64,000 nt of DNA from Leptogorgia sarmentosa (Eukaryota). Positions 25,361-37,906 of the stretch are shown here, piece after piece. Every line of letters starts with the position of its first letter. The stretch's first letter is position 1. Under the pieces are notes generated by a model. It was not told where the DNA came from, ran no database searches, and saw nothing but the letters and a program-made list of their open reading frames with translations. Location of the stretch: positions 24,676,001-24,740,000 of the forward strand of contig OZ210885.1 of the NCBI GenBank assembly GCA_964658305.1. Direction: 5' to 3'. Position numbers and translations under genes: made by a program.

Positions 25361-28142
25361 ATGAATATGGCAGATCAAGTGCGAGCTGTAGCTCGTGGTG
25401 AGCCGATCTTTCGAAAGGAAGACTGCTCTCCGCTTGATATTGGTGCTGTTCTTGATCATGCCGGGCAATTTTCTGACGCTGAGAAGCTACATTTTATTGA
25501 AAATGTATGGAGTCCGCGTGATCCCTTGTTTGAATTTCCGTCGACTGTGGAATCAGGAAAATCGCGTAAATTCCAACGTGCATGGCTACAACAATATTCA
25601 TGGCTTGCTTACTCAAAGTACCTGGACGGTGCCTTCTGTTTACCGTGTTTTCTTATTTGGCCGAGGTGCGACTGTGGCTAAATTGATGAAGTCTCCTATT
25701 ACCTGCTGGACCTCTGCAACCAGTCGTTTTAAAAAACACTCTAATGGAAAGTGTGAGACCCACAATACTGCAGTTTTGGATAACTTTGTGAGGGTTATGA
25801 AGCGCCAAATTGTACCTATAAACGAGCAGCTGGATACTTTACTGCAACAGCAAATTGACACGAACCGCAAAATCCTGTCATCTCTCTTAAAGACTGTTTT
25901 TTTTATGTGGCTGCAACAACATTGCTCTTAGAGGTCACCGAGATGATAAACCTGGAAATTCAGCCTCTCAAGGAAATTTTCGGGCTTTGCTTGCGTTCCG
26001 AGTGGACAGTGGTGATGAGACTCTACAGCAGCACCTGGAAAATGCGCCCAGAAATGCTACTTACACCTCCAAAACCATCCAAAACGAGATGATTACAACT
26101 GTGGGCACATATTTGCTGGATAAGCTGTCATGCGAGATGAAAGGTAGCAGTATTTTGGCAGATGAGGCTGCAGATATCTCGAATAAGGAAAACCTATCTA
26201 TTGTAATCAGGTTTGTGGATGCCTCTAACTCTATACGCGAGGACTTTGTTGGTTATCATCCGTGCAAAGAAGGGACAACTGGAGTAGCCATTAAGAACAT
26301 AATTTTGAAAGCTGTGTCTGATTTGGGACTGTCCATGGATGACTGCCGAGGGCAATGCTATGATGGTGCTGGCAACATGGCAGGACAATTTAATGGAGCC
26401 TCTGCTCTTATCAAGCAACAATATGAGAAGGCTATTTATGTTCACTGTATGAGCCATCGGCTAAACCTTTGTGTAGCTGACACCTGCTCTCTGACTCTTG
26501 TGAGAAACATGATGGGAGTCGTGAAAAAGCTCTCAGACTTTTTCAATAATTCGCCAAAGCGACAAGATTACCTTATGAAGATTGAAGCGTTACTGCCTGG
26601 GAGTAATCACCATGTCCTCATTGATGTTTGCAGGACTAGATGGATTGCACGCATAGATGGGATGGACAGGATTGTTGAATTGCTACTGCCAGTTTTTTCT
26701 ACCCTGGAAGACATTTCATTAAACAGAGATGCATTTGGCAACCAGCAATGGAACTACAACAGTAGGAATGATGCACAGTCCTTGGTGAATGCTATCAACT
26801 TCAGTTTTATTGTTACTGTTGTTGTTGTGAAACACATCTTGGGTTTGACTAGGCCCCTCACAGTTAAGCTGCAAAGAAAGGAGGCAGATCTCATGAAAGC
26901 TAAGGATGAGATTGATAGTTTGAAATCTATCTTGACTGATATGCAAGCCAACATTAATGACAGACACCACATACTGTATGATGAAGCAGTTGAACTGGCA
27001 CATAGTATCCAAATTGAACCTTGTATGCCCAGGTTAACCCAGTGTTATGGAAACCCTGCGACGATGGTCTTCCAACTTGGTTGGGACTGTATAGACTCGA
27101 CAACATGACAACCAGAAATATTACACAGGTTTTATTCTACAAGTACTATACGTTACACTCTGACGCTCTAAACATTATATGATTTAAGGTTACATGGTTG
27201 TATTTATAGTAAAATTACAGGAAGAAAATAACTAAATGATTACGTTAAAGGAAGAAAATACCAAGGCTCCTACGCTTGTAGGAAGATCATTCTTTTCTAA
27301 CTTTAGCTATCTATGGGAACAGATTAGCATAATTTGCGTTCGAAGGAAGAACATGTCAATCAGGGCAATGCATAGGCATTGTTACAATATCCCCTTGAAT
27401 GGCAAAGACCTAGACCTATATTTCCTCTATATATTATTTCTATATATTGCTTATATATAACTTATACTTAGCGCCTAAATGATGGGACTTATTTATCGAC
27501 GCGCGCACATTTCTTAATTTGCGCGACACCCAGAGACAAATCTACAGGGCAAATAATCCAGCCCAAACACCAGAGGATTATTACAGGATAAACTTGACCA
27601 TAGTGTTCCTTGATCATGCACTGCAACAACTTAACACCAGGTTTCAAGATCAAGTGTTTGTGTGCTATAAGGGGTTGTCAATAATTCCCTCACATTTGCT
27701 AGAACACCCACAGGATTGGAAGGACCATGTTATGGAATTCTGTCAGAATTACAGACAGGACATTCCCAATGCTGCTGGTTTAGAGGCAGAGCTTATTTTG
27801 TGGGAAAGATTGTGGAAGGATAAGGAAGGTAAAAAGGAAGATATCCCTGACAGAATATCATTCACCTTCAAGTTTACTGACAAAGAATGTTTTGTAAACA
27901 TTTTTGCTATCCTCCAAGTGCTGGCAACTATCCCAATCACCTCTTCCAGTTGTGAAAGGTCTATTTCAGTGCTACGGAATTTAAAAAACTATTTGCGGAG
28001 TACCATGTCCCAAGATAGACTGAATGGCTTGGCCATTATGCATGCACATGCTGATGTTAACTTAAACCTTGGTGAAATTATTGACTTGTTTGCAAACTTA
28101 CACCCAAGAAGAATGAGGATGGCAAACATTTTGCAGGATTAG
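25361..28142 (+). pseudogene. hAT transposase (THAP12/ZMYM1-like: TTF zinc finger, DUF4371, hATC), frameshifted and interrupted by a solo LTR
   Basis: WLAYSKYLDGAFCLPC, LRGHRDD, ILADEAAD, CRGQCYDGAGNM, VHCMSHRLNL, CRTRW, SCERSISVLRNLKNYLRSTMSQDRLNGLA. Confidence 0.9.
27043..27528 (-). mobile_element. Solo LTR (486 bp)
   Basis: TGT...ACA termini. 5-bp TSD CCCAG at 27038-27042 and 27529-27533. Removal rejoins the transposase as PRLTQRQIYR. AATAAA on the minus strand near 27130. Confidence 0.85.
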
Positions 28143-29149
28143 AGGAAGGTGCATGGTGTGCAGATAAAGACCCAGACATGAAGGTATTGAGTACCAGTAT
28201 ATAGAAGTTCTCATTTTCTTGTGGTCAATTGACTTATAGAGAATTTGTTGATATTTCCAGTTGTTGCTCTTATTCGTAAATTAAAACTAGACTGAATCAA
28301 TGACGTGAAAGAATTGAGTGATGACTGATGAGGTAGTGGTTGTGGCCTTATGGCTTATTCAAATTTTATTTAATATTTATTTTTTTATTCATTTATTTAT
28401 TCATTTTGAAATATTCTGGTTGTTTTGTTGCAGTTGTCATGTTGTTGTGAATTTAACATGAAGGAAAACAGAGTTGAATGACCCATATTATAGTACCGAC
28501 ACAAGGAATATTTAAAGGTGATTAATTAACCTATTTTATACTCATGTCTATTTATTTGTAGTTAATATTTGTTGTCCTTCTATTACAGTTGTTGCTGTTA
28601 TAGAAAACATGATGAATTACATGTACATCTTATTGTATACAAACTATATTAAGGATGAACCATCAAGGTATTGATTAATTTATTTTGTGATACATTGTAC
28701 ATGTCATTCATGTCTTGTCATTTTTATTATCCTTTCAATAGAGCATATCCATTCAATTGTTGTTGGAGACTGAACAGCTCACAATGCCAGTGGTGTTGGT
28801 CCATAAAGTGTGAAAAAGGGAAGTACATGACATGCTTTCTTTTAACATACATTTATGTACTAATTGTCATATTCCTAATTCTTCATTATTCCCTCTCTTT
28901 TTATCATATTTTATCTAGTTATATCATGAATCAAAGAGGATAAAGTCAAGAGCAATGCTATGTAACCTGCAAAACTGTGATCAGCTGGATGGGAGGTTAG
29001 CAGTGAATAGCTTAGCAATGTCCACTTTTAATATGAACCTAGTGGCCGAGTCTACTGCGTGTAAACTGGATTGAAACTTCAAACTAAAGTTAATTATACA
29101 TTTAAGTGTATGTACATAATTGGTAGTACAAGGCATGTAAGTAAAACAC

Positions 29150-32100
29150 TTATTATTATTATTATTATTATTATATTGATACAAAATGCTGTAATGTTTG
29201 TTTGATAATTTGATAAAAATATTCTTGTTCCTCCCGATAAAACGTTCTATGATGTAATATATTTAGATAAATAACAATTAAAAATTTATTAAAAATGATT
29301 TAGTCCATGCATTATAAAAAGCATTCTTAAAAACCGAGCCCATAAAAAAAAAGTCTATAATACATCCGCGATCACTGAGTTTAATTTAAAGTCGTCCACA
29401 TTATCATTATGTGATCTGAAGGGTGTTCTAGATCCTCTTGTACATAGATGGACAGATCTCAAGATTTCAAAAGATAATCGAGTTCTTATCCAGGTTACTA
29501 CGTTACTGTAGTCATCTCCGTTCTTCCGTGCCAGCTTCTCGGCAAGATTTTTTAAAAACAATTGACATTCGGTTCCCATGCCTCCATTTGTCCCAAACAC
29601 TAAGGGAGTAAACGTGCCCATTTCTACATCCAATACTCTTTGCTGGTATTTTCTTTTCTTCTCGTTTTCCTGCTCCTTGAATATCTCGGTCGTGCTTTTG
29701 TTCTGGTTACATTGAGAGTTTACGTGCGTTACACGGACGTCAAAGAATGCCGTAACCCCCCGTGTCCAGAAATCACTAGCCTTTATATCAAGACGTGCGT
29801 CGGAGCTTCTATTCGTGGTCCTTAAGTTGAATTTCTCGTTGTCCAATTGGATGAGTTTCGGTTCTACCTCCACGTTGTTGCAGACTTTGCTGACTAATGT
29901 AGTCAGTAAGTCGCGAACACCGTCATGTCTTCGAGCTACGAAACCTCCTCTTTTACATGAGAGAGCGTGGTTGACTGTGAACGCTGCTCCACACGTACAG
30001 AAACTTGGCAGATCAGATAATGGCAAGTTGTAGCGTAGTCTCATCGAATCCCTGAATTCTTGCTTGTTTAAAACCAAACCTTGCTCTTCTATGGGTATAG
30101 CGTTCAGCCATGAGCTTGCTCCTTTATCTCTGGCTTGAATAACATGCTGCAGTAGGTCATCTGAGAGGGAAGAGTCAATACGTCCCATTTTCACACTCAC
30201 ATTTGTCTTCTTTAATGACTGTTGCTGCTTCTTTAAATCCTCCGTTATCGTTGGCATGGTTGTGCTTTGCGTAATAATAGCCTCCGTGTGTGGACCCGTT
30301 ATTATCTTCGATGTTGTGTATTGTTGGGGTGCCTCTTCTTTCAATGACGGTATCCCTAAACCACCCTGGGCTGGAGTCAGTGTGAAGAGATCAGTTAACT
30401 GGTCAGGTAGTGGTTGTGTTTGTCCAAACAATTCTGGTAGAAGTAACTGATTTACAACCTCCTGGATAGGGTCAACATAATCTTCAAATGAATCAATGGT
30501 TCGCAAGAAATATGTAAATTTCGATTTGTAACCTTTTGTAAAGGCAGCATAAGCTGCATGAGGTTGGCTCTTTGCAATTTCACTTAGAGTTTCAATCTCT
30601 GCTTTCCATTGGGCAATCTTCTCGTTGCAGTACTCGTCTTTGTAACCCTGAGAACCCACAACTGCCCCAAGATGGCGTTTCCCTTCGCATGTTATGTTGA
30701 CTTCTTCTCCAAAAACATGTTCTGCTTCAGAGGCAATTGTCTTTGATTTGACAATTAGCCAGCTTTTGGAACCATTAACATGATATCCAAATTTCTTTCC
30801 TTCATCGCACAGGGTCTTATACCAGGAATATAATGCCGTGATCTTTCCTCCTCCTGCTGAGTCGTCAGCTAACCAAACTTGTTTCACACCAGATGTGTTA
30901 CATCTCAGGTTTTGAATGATGAGTGATGTGTTAACTAAGTACCATGGCATGGCCAAAGGATCACCCTGTGTGATTCCCTCTTGGGATAAGATTTCACCTC
31001 CACCACATACAAATAGCCTAGACGGATGTCTATAGGTGTTTACTATGTAGAGTGAGATTTCTTTGCACGTGATTTGTATATTATGCATGGCCACATGTCG
31101 ATTCATCAGATTGAAAGCATTGCTCGCATCAATCAATAGTATACCATCACTTTCATCTTCTGCAAATATCTGACTCATGGCATGCACAGCGGCTTCGGCA
31201 CCTGCACTGTGTCCTGCGCAAACTTGCAGAGGCCCTGCTGCTAGTTTGATTTCTTCCTTGAAGAACGCGGATACAGTTTTGCCAATAATTCGCCGTAATA
31301 CTTCTCCTACTCCTATAGGCCGGATTCCCGGGTTCTTATCCAAAGGTATTAGCCTGCACGAGGTATAAGCTTCAACAAGTGAGGGGTCATATGATGATTT
31401 CAGTAGATTTCTCGTCATTATGGCTATTTCTTCTCTTAAACGCTTTCCTTCTTTGGTGAAATTCTTTGAACATAAGATTCTTCTGTACAGGTCTGCGTCC
31501 ATTCCCGATGGTCCTGCTGACCCTTTTGTTCTCATCGCGGCGTTCTGAATCATCTGTTCGTCGATTAAATCAAAAACATTTGGCGGGGTGTTATCCATTG
31601 GACCGTACAGAAGACATTCTTCTTCAATATCTGCTGCGGGTGGATGCTTCTTCTTGAGGTCTTCTAACACTTCAGGCGTTAGCGTGAGAAGCCCCGAAGA
31701 ACTCTCTGTGTCCAAGAGCTTTATGGCTGCTGTTATCTTCCCTTGCATTACTAATTTCGCAAACACTTTAGATAAATCTTCAACTGACCTTGCCTTCTTC
31801 GATGTTTTAAACTTTTTTTGGATGAATCTTACTTCTTTCATTAGGAGCTTTATCTCACCTCGTCTCCATAACAGTAATCTGCGTTCAATAGCTTCGGTAT
31901 GCTCTTTGCTTTTAGACTTCGCCGAGGGTTTTTGTAAAATCAGCGTAGGGAGCACCATAAATGCTTTTAAGGCAATCGAATTTAAATCTGCATTTGCATT
32001 AAATTGTTTAAGCCAATATGTCAACTCGTCTATGAAATCTTTCCCTGCTTTACCCGACGGTATATTGAAAATATTTCTTCTAAAGTGAACGATTTCATCG

Positions 32101-32700
32101 TATATACCATTTACATCATTGCAGAGTTGTTGATAGCTAATTTCTCCCCACATTTTTGCTTTAATTTCAGATGGTAATACATTTATTTCGGGTAGATTTG
32201 GTAAACATTCAGCTGGTCGGCTTTCATCTTTGTTTACTAGCTCCTTGGGGGTTTGTAAGACTTTGCCCGTATGCAAATTTGGCATTCGCTTCGGTTGGCT
32301 TGTCATAATGGCCACTTCGGCGTCAACAACTTCTTCCCTGATTTCTTCCAAAGGGATATCACTAACTGAAGAACCATCCCGCATCTTTTGAAGCCTTGAC
32401 GCTTGGTCTCTTAGGTTTTGACCCGTAAGGCCAAGATTGCCATGGCCTTTCTCATCCCAAAGCTGCTTCATTAGCTGAATATAGCCCATCTTTCTACCAC
32501 TTGTCTGACTGATCGGCGGTTCATCCGAAGATAGTAATTCTTGAGCTCTCTCCTTACATTCTAATACATCCCTGTTCAACTCTTCTGTCCATTTCGTTCT
32601 TCTAGACTTCTTTGACATTGTTTTACGACGGAATAGTCTTCAAACACATCAAACACATGATAATTTTGCAGAGCCTGTTTTTGACACGTCCATCTCTAAG
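29150..32700 (-). mobile_element. RLE-type non-LTR retrotransposon (CRE-like), apparently full length
   Basis: Single long RT-RLE ORF with a 3' (TAA)n tail at 29150-29174. The 5' end is approximate and no TSD was established. Confidence 0.85.
29355..32618 (-). CDS. Reverse transcriptase + zinc knuckle + restriction-like endonuclease (1087 aa, intact)
   Basis: GSAGPSG, IRPIGVGEVLRR, IDASNAFN, QGDPLAM, WLADD, RHLGAVVG, CTC..NHALSC..RHD, RLDI..FDVRVT, EKKRKY. Confidence 0.93.
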   Translation of the reverse strand: MSKKSRRTKWTEELNRDVLECKERAQELLSSDEPPISQTSGRKMGYIQLMKQLWDEKGHGNLGLTGQNLRDQASRLQKMRDGSSVSDIPLEEIREEVVDAEVAIMTSQPKRMPNLHTGKVLQTPKELVNKDESRPAECLPNLPEINVLPSEIKAKMWGEISYQQLCNDVNGIYDEIVHFRRNIFNIPSGKAGKDFIDELTYWLKQFNANADLNSIALKAFMVLPTLILQKPSAKSKSKEHTEAIERRLLLWRRGEIKLLMKEVRFIQKKFKTSKKARSVEDLSKVFAKLVMQGKITAAIKLLDTESSSGLLTLTPEVLEDLKKKHPPAADIEEECLLYGPMDNTPPNVFDLIDEQMIQNAAMRTKGSAGPSGMDADLYRRILCSKNFTKEGKRLREEIAIMTRNLLKSSYDPSLVEAYTSCRLIPLDKNPGIRPIGVGEVLRRIIGKTVSAFFKEEIKLAAGPLQVCAGHSAGAEAAVHAMSQIFAEDESDGILLIDASNAFNLMNRHVAMHNIQITCKEISLYIVNTYRHPSRLFVCGGGEILSQEGITQGDPLAMPWYLVNTSLIIQNLRCNTSGVKQVWLADDSAGGGKITALYSWYKTLCDEGKKFGYHVNGSKSWLIVKSKTIASEAEHVFGEEVNITCEGKRHLGAVVGSQGYKDEYCNEKIAQWKAEIETLSEIAKSQPHAAYAAFTKGYKSKFTYFLRTIDSFEDYVDPIQEVVNQLLLPELFGQTQPLPDQLTDLFTLTPAQGGLGIPSLKEEAPQQYTTSKIITGPHTEAIITQSTTMPTITEDLKKQQQSLKKTNVSVKMGRIDSSLSDDLLQHVIQARDKGASSWLNAIPIEEQGLVLNKQEFRDSMRLRYNLPLSDLPSFCTCGAAFTVNHALSCKRGGFVARRHDGVRDLLTTLVSKVCNNVEVEPKLIQLDNEKFNLRTTNRSSDARLDIKASDFWTRGVTAFFDVRVTHVNSQCNQNKSTTEIFKEQENEKKRKYQQRVLDVEMGTFTPLVFGTNGGMGTECQLFLKNLAEKLARKNGDDYSNVVTWIRTRLSFEILRSVHLCTRGSRTPFRSHNDNVDDFKLNSVIADVL

Positions 32701-32946
32701 GTCTGAGGATTAATCTTATTAAAATTCACGATTTTGTACTGAATAAAAGAAACTAAAAGCAAAATTTGCAGTTGAAATATACAATTTTAACTTAGAAATA
32801 TTTCTCTCAGAATGCAGGAAAATGGGTTTCCGCGGTTCTAGATTTCAAAATTTTACGGGGGAGCATGCCCCCGGACCCCCCTAGCGGCTCGCGCCTTTGG
32901 CGCTCGGAAACCACAGGATCAATATTCTGAATCCGCCCCTGTGATA

Positions 32947-35748
32947 GATCAGGAATAATTTTACTTAAACTAAAAAGGAAGCTTCAATTCAGGGGCCATG
33001 TTTACTTCCAAGCAGTTCGTCCTCAGTTTGTTCTTTGTGCATTAAACTGGCTTCTAGCAAACAATCTGTTATATGAGAACATTCAAATTCAGTGTGACAA
33101 TATTAGGTCAGACTTGACTAATTTAAACTGTTCGTTACCTAATGATGAAAACACGGACAATTCATTGCAACTGCAAACAACTGCAAATATAGAACAGCTT
33201 GACGTAGAAGGTGAGGAACAAGATGATCCATTAAATGAATACCGCTCAGCTGCAAGTGAAACCTGTCTTCAGTCCATCTTGCCAAATTATCCTGTTAATC
33301 TTGAAAATACAGATAGTGATAGTTCAACAGGAAGAGAAGTTTTTAACATAGCACCAGGTGAAGGTAAACACCCTGTATCAATGATGACTGATAAACTTTG
33401 TGAGGAACTTTCATTTCCTGTACTCTTTCCGAAAGGAAGGTTTGGCTACACAGCTGAACGAGACATAAAATTATCTCCAGTAAAATATTTTAATGCTAGG
33501 CTACTACATTACAGTGGAAAGTTTGCAACAAATCCAGAATATCTTTTTTTTGCACAGTTCATCATGGAACAGAAAAAGATCTGTGATAGTATCAATATAG
33601 CTTTGAAAAAGGTACATGGTCAGTCTGTTACAGCATCCCAAGTAAAATCAAACACACAAGATTTTCAAAATCTTCTTTTGCAAGATCAAGCTGATTTGTT
33701 TTTAAGACAAATTCCTGGCTCACCTCCTTACTGGCAAAAATTTATGTACGAAGTTGTAGCAATGGTTAAACAGCTAGGAATACCAACATGGTTTTTGACC
33801 TTATCATGTGCAGATTTAAGGTGGCCTGAATTATTTCACATTATTGCCAAGACAAAGGGTCATAACATCCAGGTGATCTCGATACACGGAAAAGGACTGG
33901 GACTAGCTGTCGGATAGAAATCCATTTTTCGATTGAAACAACTGAGTATCTCCCATAATATACATTATTTCGATTCCATATTTTTATCAAAGCTATAGTT
34001 CTCATAGGCAAACATAATTACAAAATTTCAACCAGTTTCACGCAGAATTACGAAAGATATAATCGAGTGAATATAATTCTATTCGGACAACCCTTTCTGA
34101 GCGCTGATTGGCTGAAATACGAACACGAGATCACCTGGATGACAGATGAGGAAGTAGAGGCTCTCTCCTATCATGAGCGATGTTCAATGCTAAATTTAAA
34201 CCCAGTTATTGTTGCTAAACACTTCCAGTACCGTGTTGGAAAATTTTTCAGGGAAGTCTTGCTTTCAAATGCTAACCCAATTGGTAAGATAGTGTACTAT
34301 GCACTCCGTATTGAATTTCAAATGAGAGGTTCACCACATTTACATGCCTTAATATGGACATCTGATTGCCCAGACTTGACAAATGATACAAAGGATGCAT
34401 ATATTGATTACATTGACAAACATGTACAAGCATACCTTCCAAACAGAGAAACAGACCCTCATCTTTACGACTTAGTAAAAACCTACCAGACTCATAATCA
34501 TAGTAAAACATGCAGAAAATACAAGAATGTTGCATGTAGATTCAACTTTGGACAGTTTTTTACGGAGAAAACAATTGTTGCTGATCCATTATCGGAAGAC
34601 ATAGATGAAGAGACGAAATCTAATATTCTAACCAGAAGAAAGGAAATTTTGTCGAAAGTTAAGCAGAAAATTGACGATGTGCTAAACCCAAGCAAATCTA
34701 CTTATGAGCCAAATGCAACTCTAAATGACATTTTAAACGATATAGGTATTACAGAACAAGCTTATAAATGGGCAATATCGATATCACCAGACTCTGACCA
34801 TGAATTGCATCTCAAAAGACCACTTGACAGTTGTTTTATCAACAGTTACTTTGTTGCTGGATTAAAAGGATTTGCCGCAAATGTTGACTTACAGCCGGTA
34901 TTTAATCATTATAAATGTATTACATATGTTTGTTCCTATTTTACAAAGGATGAGACTGAATGTTCTCTAGCCATTTTGAATGCTACAAAAGAAGCTAAAC
35001 AATTGAACTTAAGTATAAGAGATGGATTGAAAAAAATAGGAGCAGCTTTTCTCTCTGCCCGTGAAGTCAGTGCTCAAGAATGTGTTTATAGGTGTATGCC
35101 CAAACTCTGGTTAAGAAAAATGTTTCCGAAAACCATTTTCGTTAGCACAGATTTTGCTGAAAACCGTGTTAGGGTTACAAAAACTCAACGAGAACTTGAT
35201 GAATTGGATGATGATAGTACTGACATTTTTAAGTCTAACATTATTGTCCGTTACAGTGACAAACCCAAAAGCATTCCTGCCGTCAATAATATGTGCTTAG
35301 CATTGTTTGCTGCAAATTATTTTAAAGATTACAAGAGTGATTTCCATGAAGTATCTGATTCTCAACCACAAATACTTAGTGATGATTTTATTGAATCTCA
35401 AAATATTGAGAACACTGGACTTCCTGATCAAATAAAACTGATGAACACCAAAGAAGTTATGAAATGCAGAAAAGTTAAAGCAGTCATTCGATATCACATT
35501 CCAAACAAAAGAAAAGAACCTGAGAAATATTTTCATCACCTTCTTATGTTGTATTTCCCATGGCGTAATGAACAGGAACTCCTTGGTCAAGACCACACAT
35601 ATATTTCCAAAATTTATGAACCAGATGTTCAAACGATAGTCGAACGCAACAAAGAAATATTTGAACCACATGGTGATGCTATTGATGAAGCGCTAGAAAG
35701 CTTACGCAACTTTGATGGGATCCCAACTTGCTTCTATGACCCAATAAA
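32947..35748 (+). pseudogene. Helentron polyprotein part 2: HUH Rep endonuclease domain, interrupted by the MITE at 33869-34138
   Basis: EELSFPVLFPKG, GSPPYW, QLGIPTWFLTLSCAD (motif 1), RIEFQMRGSPHLHALIW (HUH motif 2), YVCSYFTK (motif 3), REVSAQE, LMLYFPWRNE. Confidence 0.92.
33869..34138. mobile_element. MITE (270 bp) with 2-bp AT TSD; superfamily uncertain
   Basis: TIRs CCAGGTGATCTCG / CGAGATCACCTGG with AT on both sides. Removal restores KGHNMTDEEV. Confidence 0.88.
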
Positions 35749-36002
35749 TATGGGGCGCCAAATATGACATAAAGATTAGGTTAATTATACAAAGTTAAAG
35801 TCAAATTTCTAAAGTCAAATAAATATATAGAAAGTAAAAATTGTATATGTAAAGTCAAAAAGTGAATTATATAAAGTAGAAATAGTATTTATATAGTTAA
35901 AAACATCGATAAAGCGAAAATGTTTATATATATAGTCATGGGCACCAACGGTCAGCACGTGTCATTCAGTTCCATGCCCAGAACGCAATTTAGAAAGTCA
36001 AT

Positions 36003-37906
36003 ATGGCGGAAGAGAGCAACCCATTGAACCTGGAGAACTTTTTCAGAAATATCCCATCGCAGTTGGAAGAGGCGCGCAGGAATCTCCACTCAGATAATAT
36101 TAATGTTTTGGAATTTATTCAACGTCGTCTTGAAGATAGTATTCATGTTTTAAATGTTTTGATTTGGCGAAGTTCCTGCCTTCAAATAGGCGAATGCGAG
36201 AACCTACTAAGATGTTTGTTTTCTGAGCTACAGCAACTATACGCGAGGTATGACAATCTATGTTCCCAGTCAGTAGTTCAAAGTGAACACCATTTTTCGT
36301 GCCCCACAGAAACTACTATTAGAGGACGGCCGCGGTATTCGATATCTAACGATGTCATTTCAAGTTTACATCAAATCCATCGTAGCTGGCAGCAAGTATC
36401 TGCTGATATTGGAGTTGTAGGAATTCAAGTCCCTCAGTTTATTTAACTATTTATTTATTTACTCCCAATATAAACGATACAAGAACGTATACATGTGTTC
36501 TCTATTCTAGCCTGCTTGTCTCGCCTGAACGCAGGCATTGTTATTAACAACCGGAAGTTAAAATATGTTCTCGGTTAGTCGCTACAGAGTAAGCTATCGC
36601 ACTCTGCTCAGGCGAAGGCACGAAAACAGAATGGTTGTAAACAACACAAGTGGGCCACGAAGCAGCTACAGTGATGTAAGCAGTGATCAATTGTGCCAAC
36701 ATATTTCTCAGGTTCTGCACATTCTTCCTAATGCAGGAGAAACCTTTGTTTTGGGGGCATTGCGGCAAAGAGGAATTCATGTACAAAGATATCGGGTACG
36801 AGATGCAATTTGGATGGTAGATCCACTGAGTCGAGCAATGAGAAGATCTGTAGCTGTTATGAGACGTGTTTATAATGTTCCTTGCCCAAATGCATTGTGG
36901 TAAGTGTCAGTGAGGCAGACAGTCTTGCATTTGTCATGGAATATTATCCTCAGTAATATTTTCAGACTGCACTATTGGGAAACACCCCTGTTATAGTATA
37001 TTGTTGGCTTTCCTGTTACTTCCACCAGGACACTATCAAATGGATATTTGACTGGTTGTAGACAACTAAACCCTTTTTTATTAACTTTCAGGCATATTGA
37101 TGGCCACCGTAAGCTTATTCGATGGCGTTTGGTGACGCATGGTGGTATTGATGGCTACAGTAGGTGGTATTGATGGCTACAGTAGGTGCATTGTTTATTT
37201 AACATGTTCACCAAATAACTGTGCATCTACAGTTCTCAATCTTTTTATTCATGCAGTGGAATGGTTTGGGGTACCATCAAGAGTTAGAGCAGACTTTGGA
37301 ACTGAAAATGTCGATGTTGCTCGCTATATGTAACAACACCCTGATCGTGGGACAAACAGAGGAAGTTTTATTACAGGGAAAAGCACCCACAATCAGAGAA
37401 TTGAGAGATTGTGGGCTGACCTCAGAAGAGTTGTTATCAGATACTTTGAACATCTGTTCCATCACCTAGAGCAATCAGGTGTGCTTGATGTTCTGGATGA
37501 GAAATGTTTGTTTGCCCTTCACTATGTATTCATTCCCAGAATAAACAGAGCCCTTAATGAGTTTGCAGCAGACTGGAACAATCATCCACTGAGCACAGAA
37601 GGTAACCGCTCACCTCTGTCCCTATGGCACACAGGGGTGATGACAATGATTAATTCTGGCCATAGTGCAATTGAAAGTCTGATCACTGACAACTGGAATG
37701 ATTATGGAGTGGATGATGATGGACCTTTGCCAGAATCTCATTCTGATAACAATGTTCAAGTACCAGGTGTTGAATTTGATGCAAGTGATGAGCAACTACA
37801 GTACTTGTATAATGCAGTAAATCCATTAGAAGATGATGGAAACCATGGCTGTGAACTTTATTGCCAAACTATTAACATAATAAACCAAATGCTGGCTCAA
37901 ACATAA
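36003..37906 (+). pseudogene. IS3EU-type DDE integrase/transposase, disrupted
   Basis: GRPR..HTH (IGVSYRTL), [67 protein letters not shown]. Disrupted by a solo LTR, a 22-bp tandem duplication at about 37141-37184 and a TAA at 37331. Confidence 0.88.
36416..36586. mobile_element. Short solo LTR-like insert (171 bp)
   Basis: TGTAG...CTACA termini. 4-bp TSD GAGT at 36412-36415 and 36587-36590. Removal restores ADIGVSYRTLLRRR. Confidence 0.8.

Larger units (their letters stand above)
24777..32941 (+). mobile_element. hAT transposon with 5-bp TSD (hAT5-like), inserted in the Helentron ORF
   Basis: TIRs CAGGGGCGGAT / ATCCGCCCCTG. TSD TGATA at 24772-24776 and 32942-32946. Removal restores LPRPPDRSGIILLKLKRK. 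Confidence 0.9.

Noticed and set aside
29640..32088. Plus-strand ORFs opposite the RT gene, and similar antisense ORFs opposite the RPA-like, Rep and gag-pol genes
   Set aside because: These are shadow ORFs with no recognisable motifs.
32640..32660. AAACAC as the TSD of the non-LTR element
   Set aside because: It matches the 6 bp before the tail but is short, occurs twice locally and probably lies inside the 5' UTR. Not convincing.
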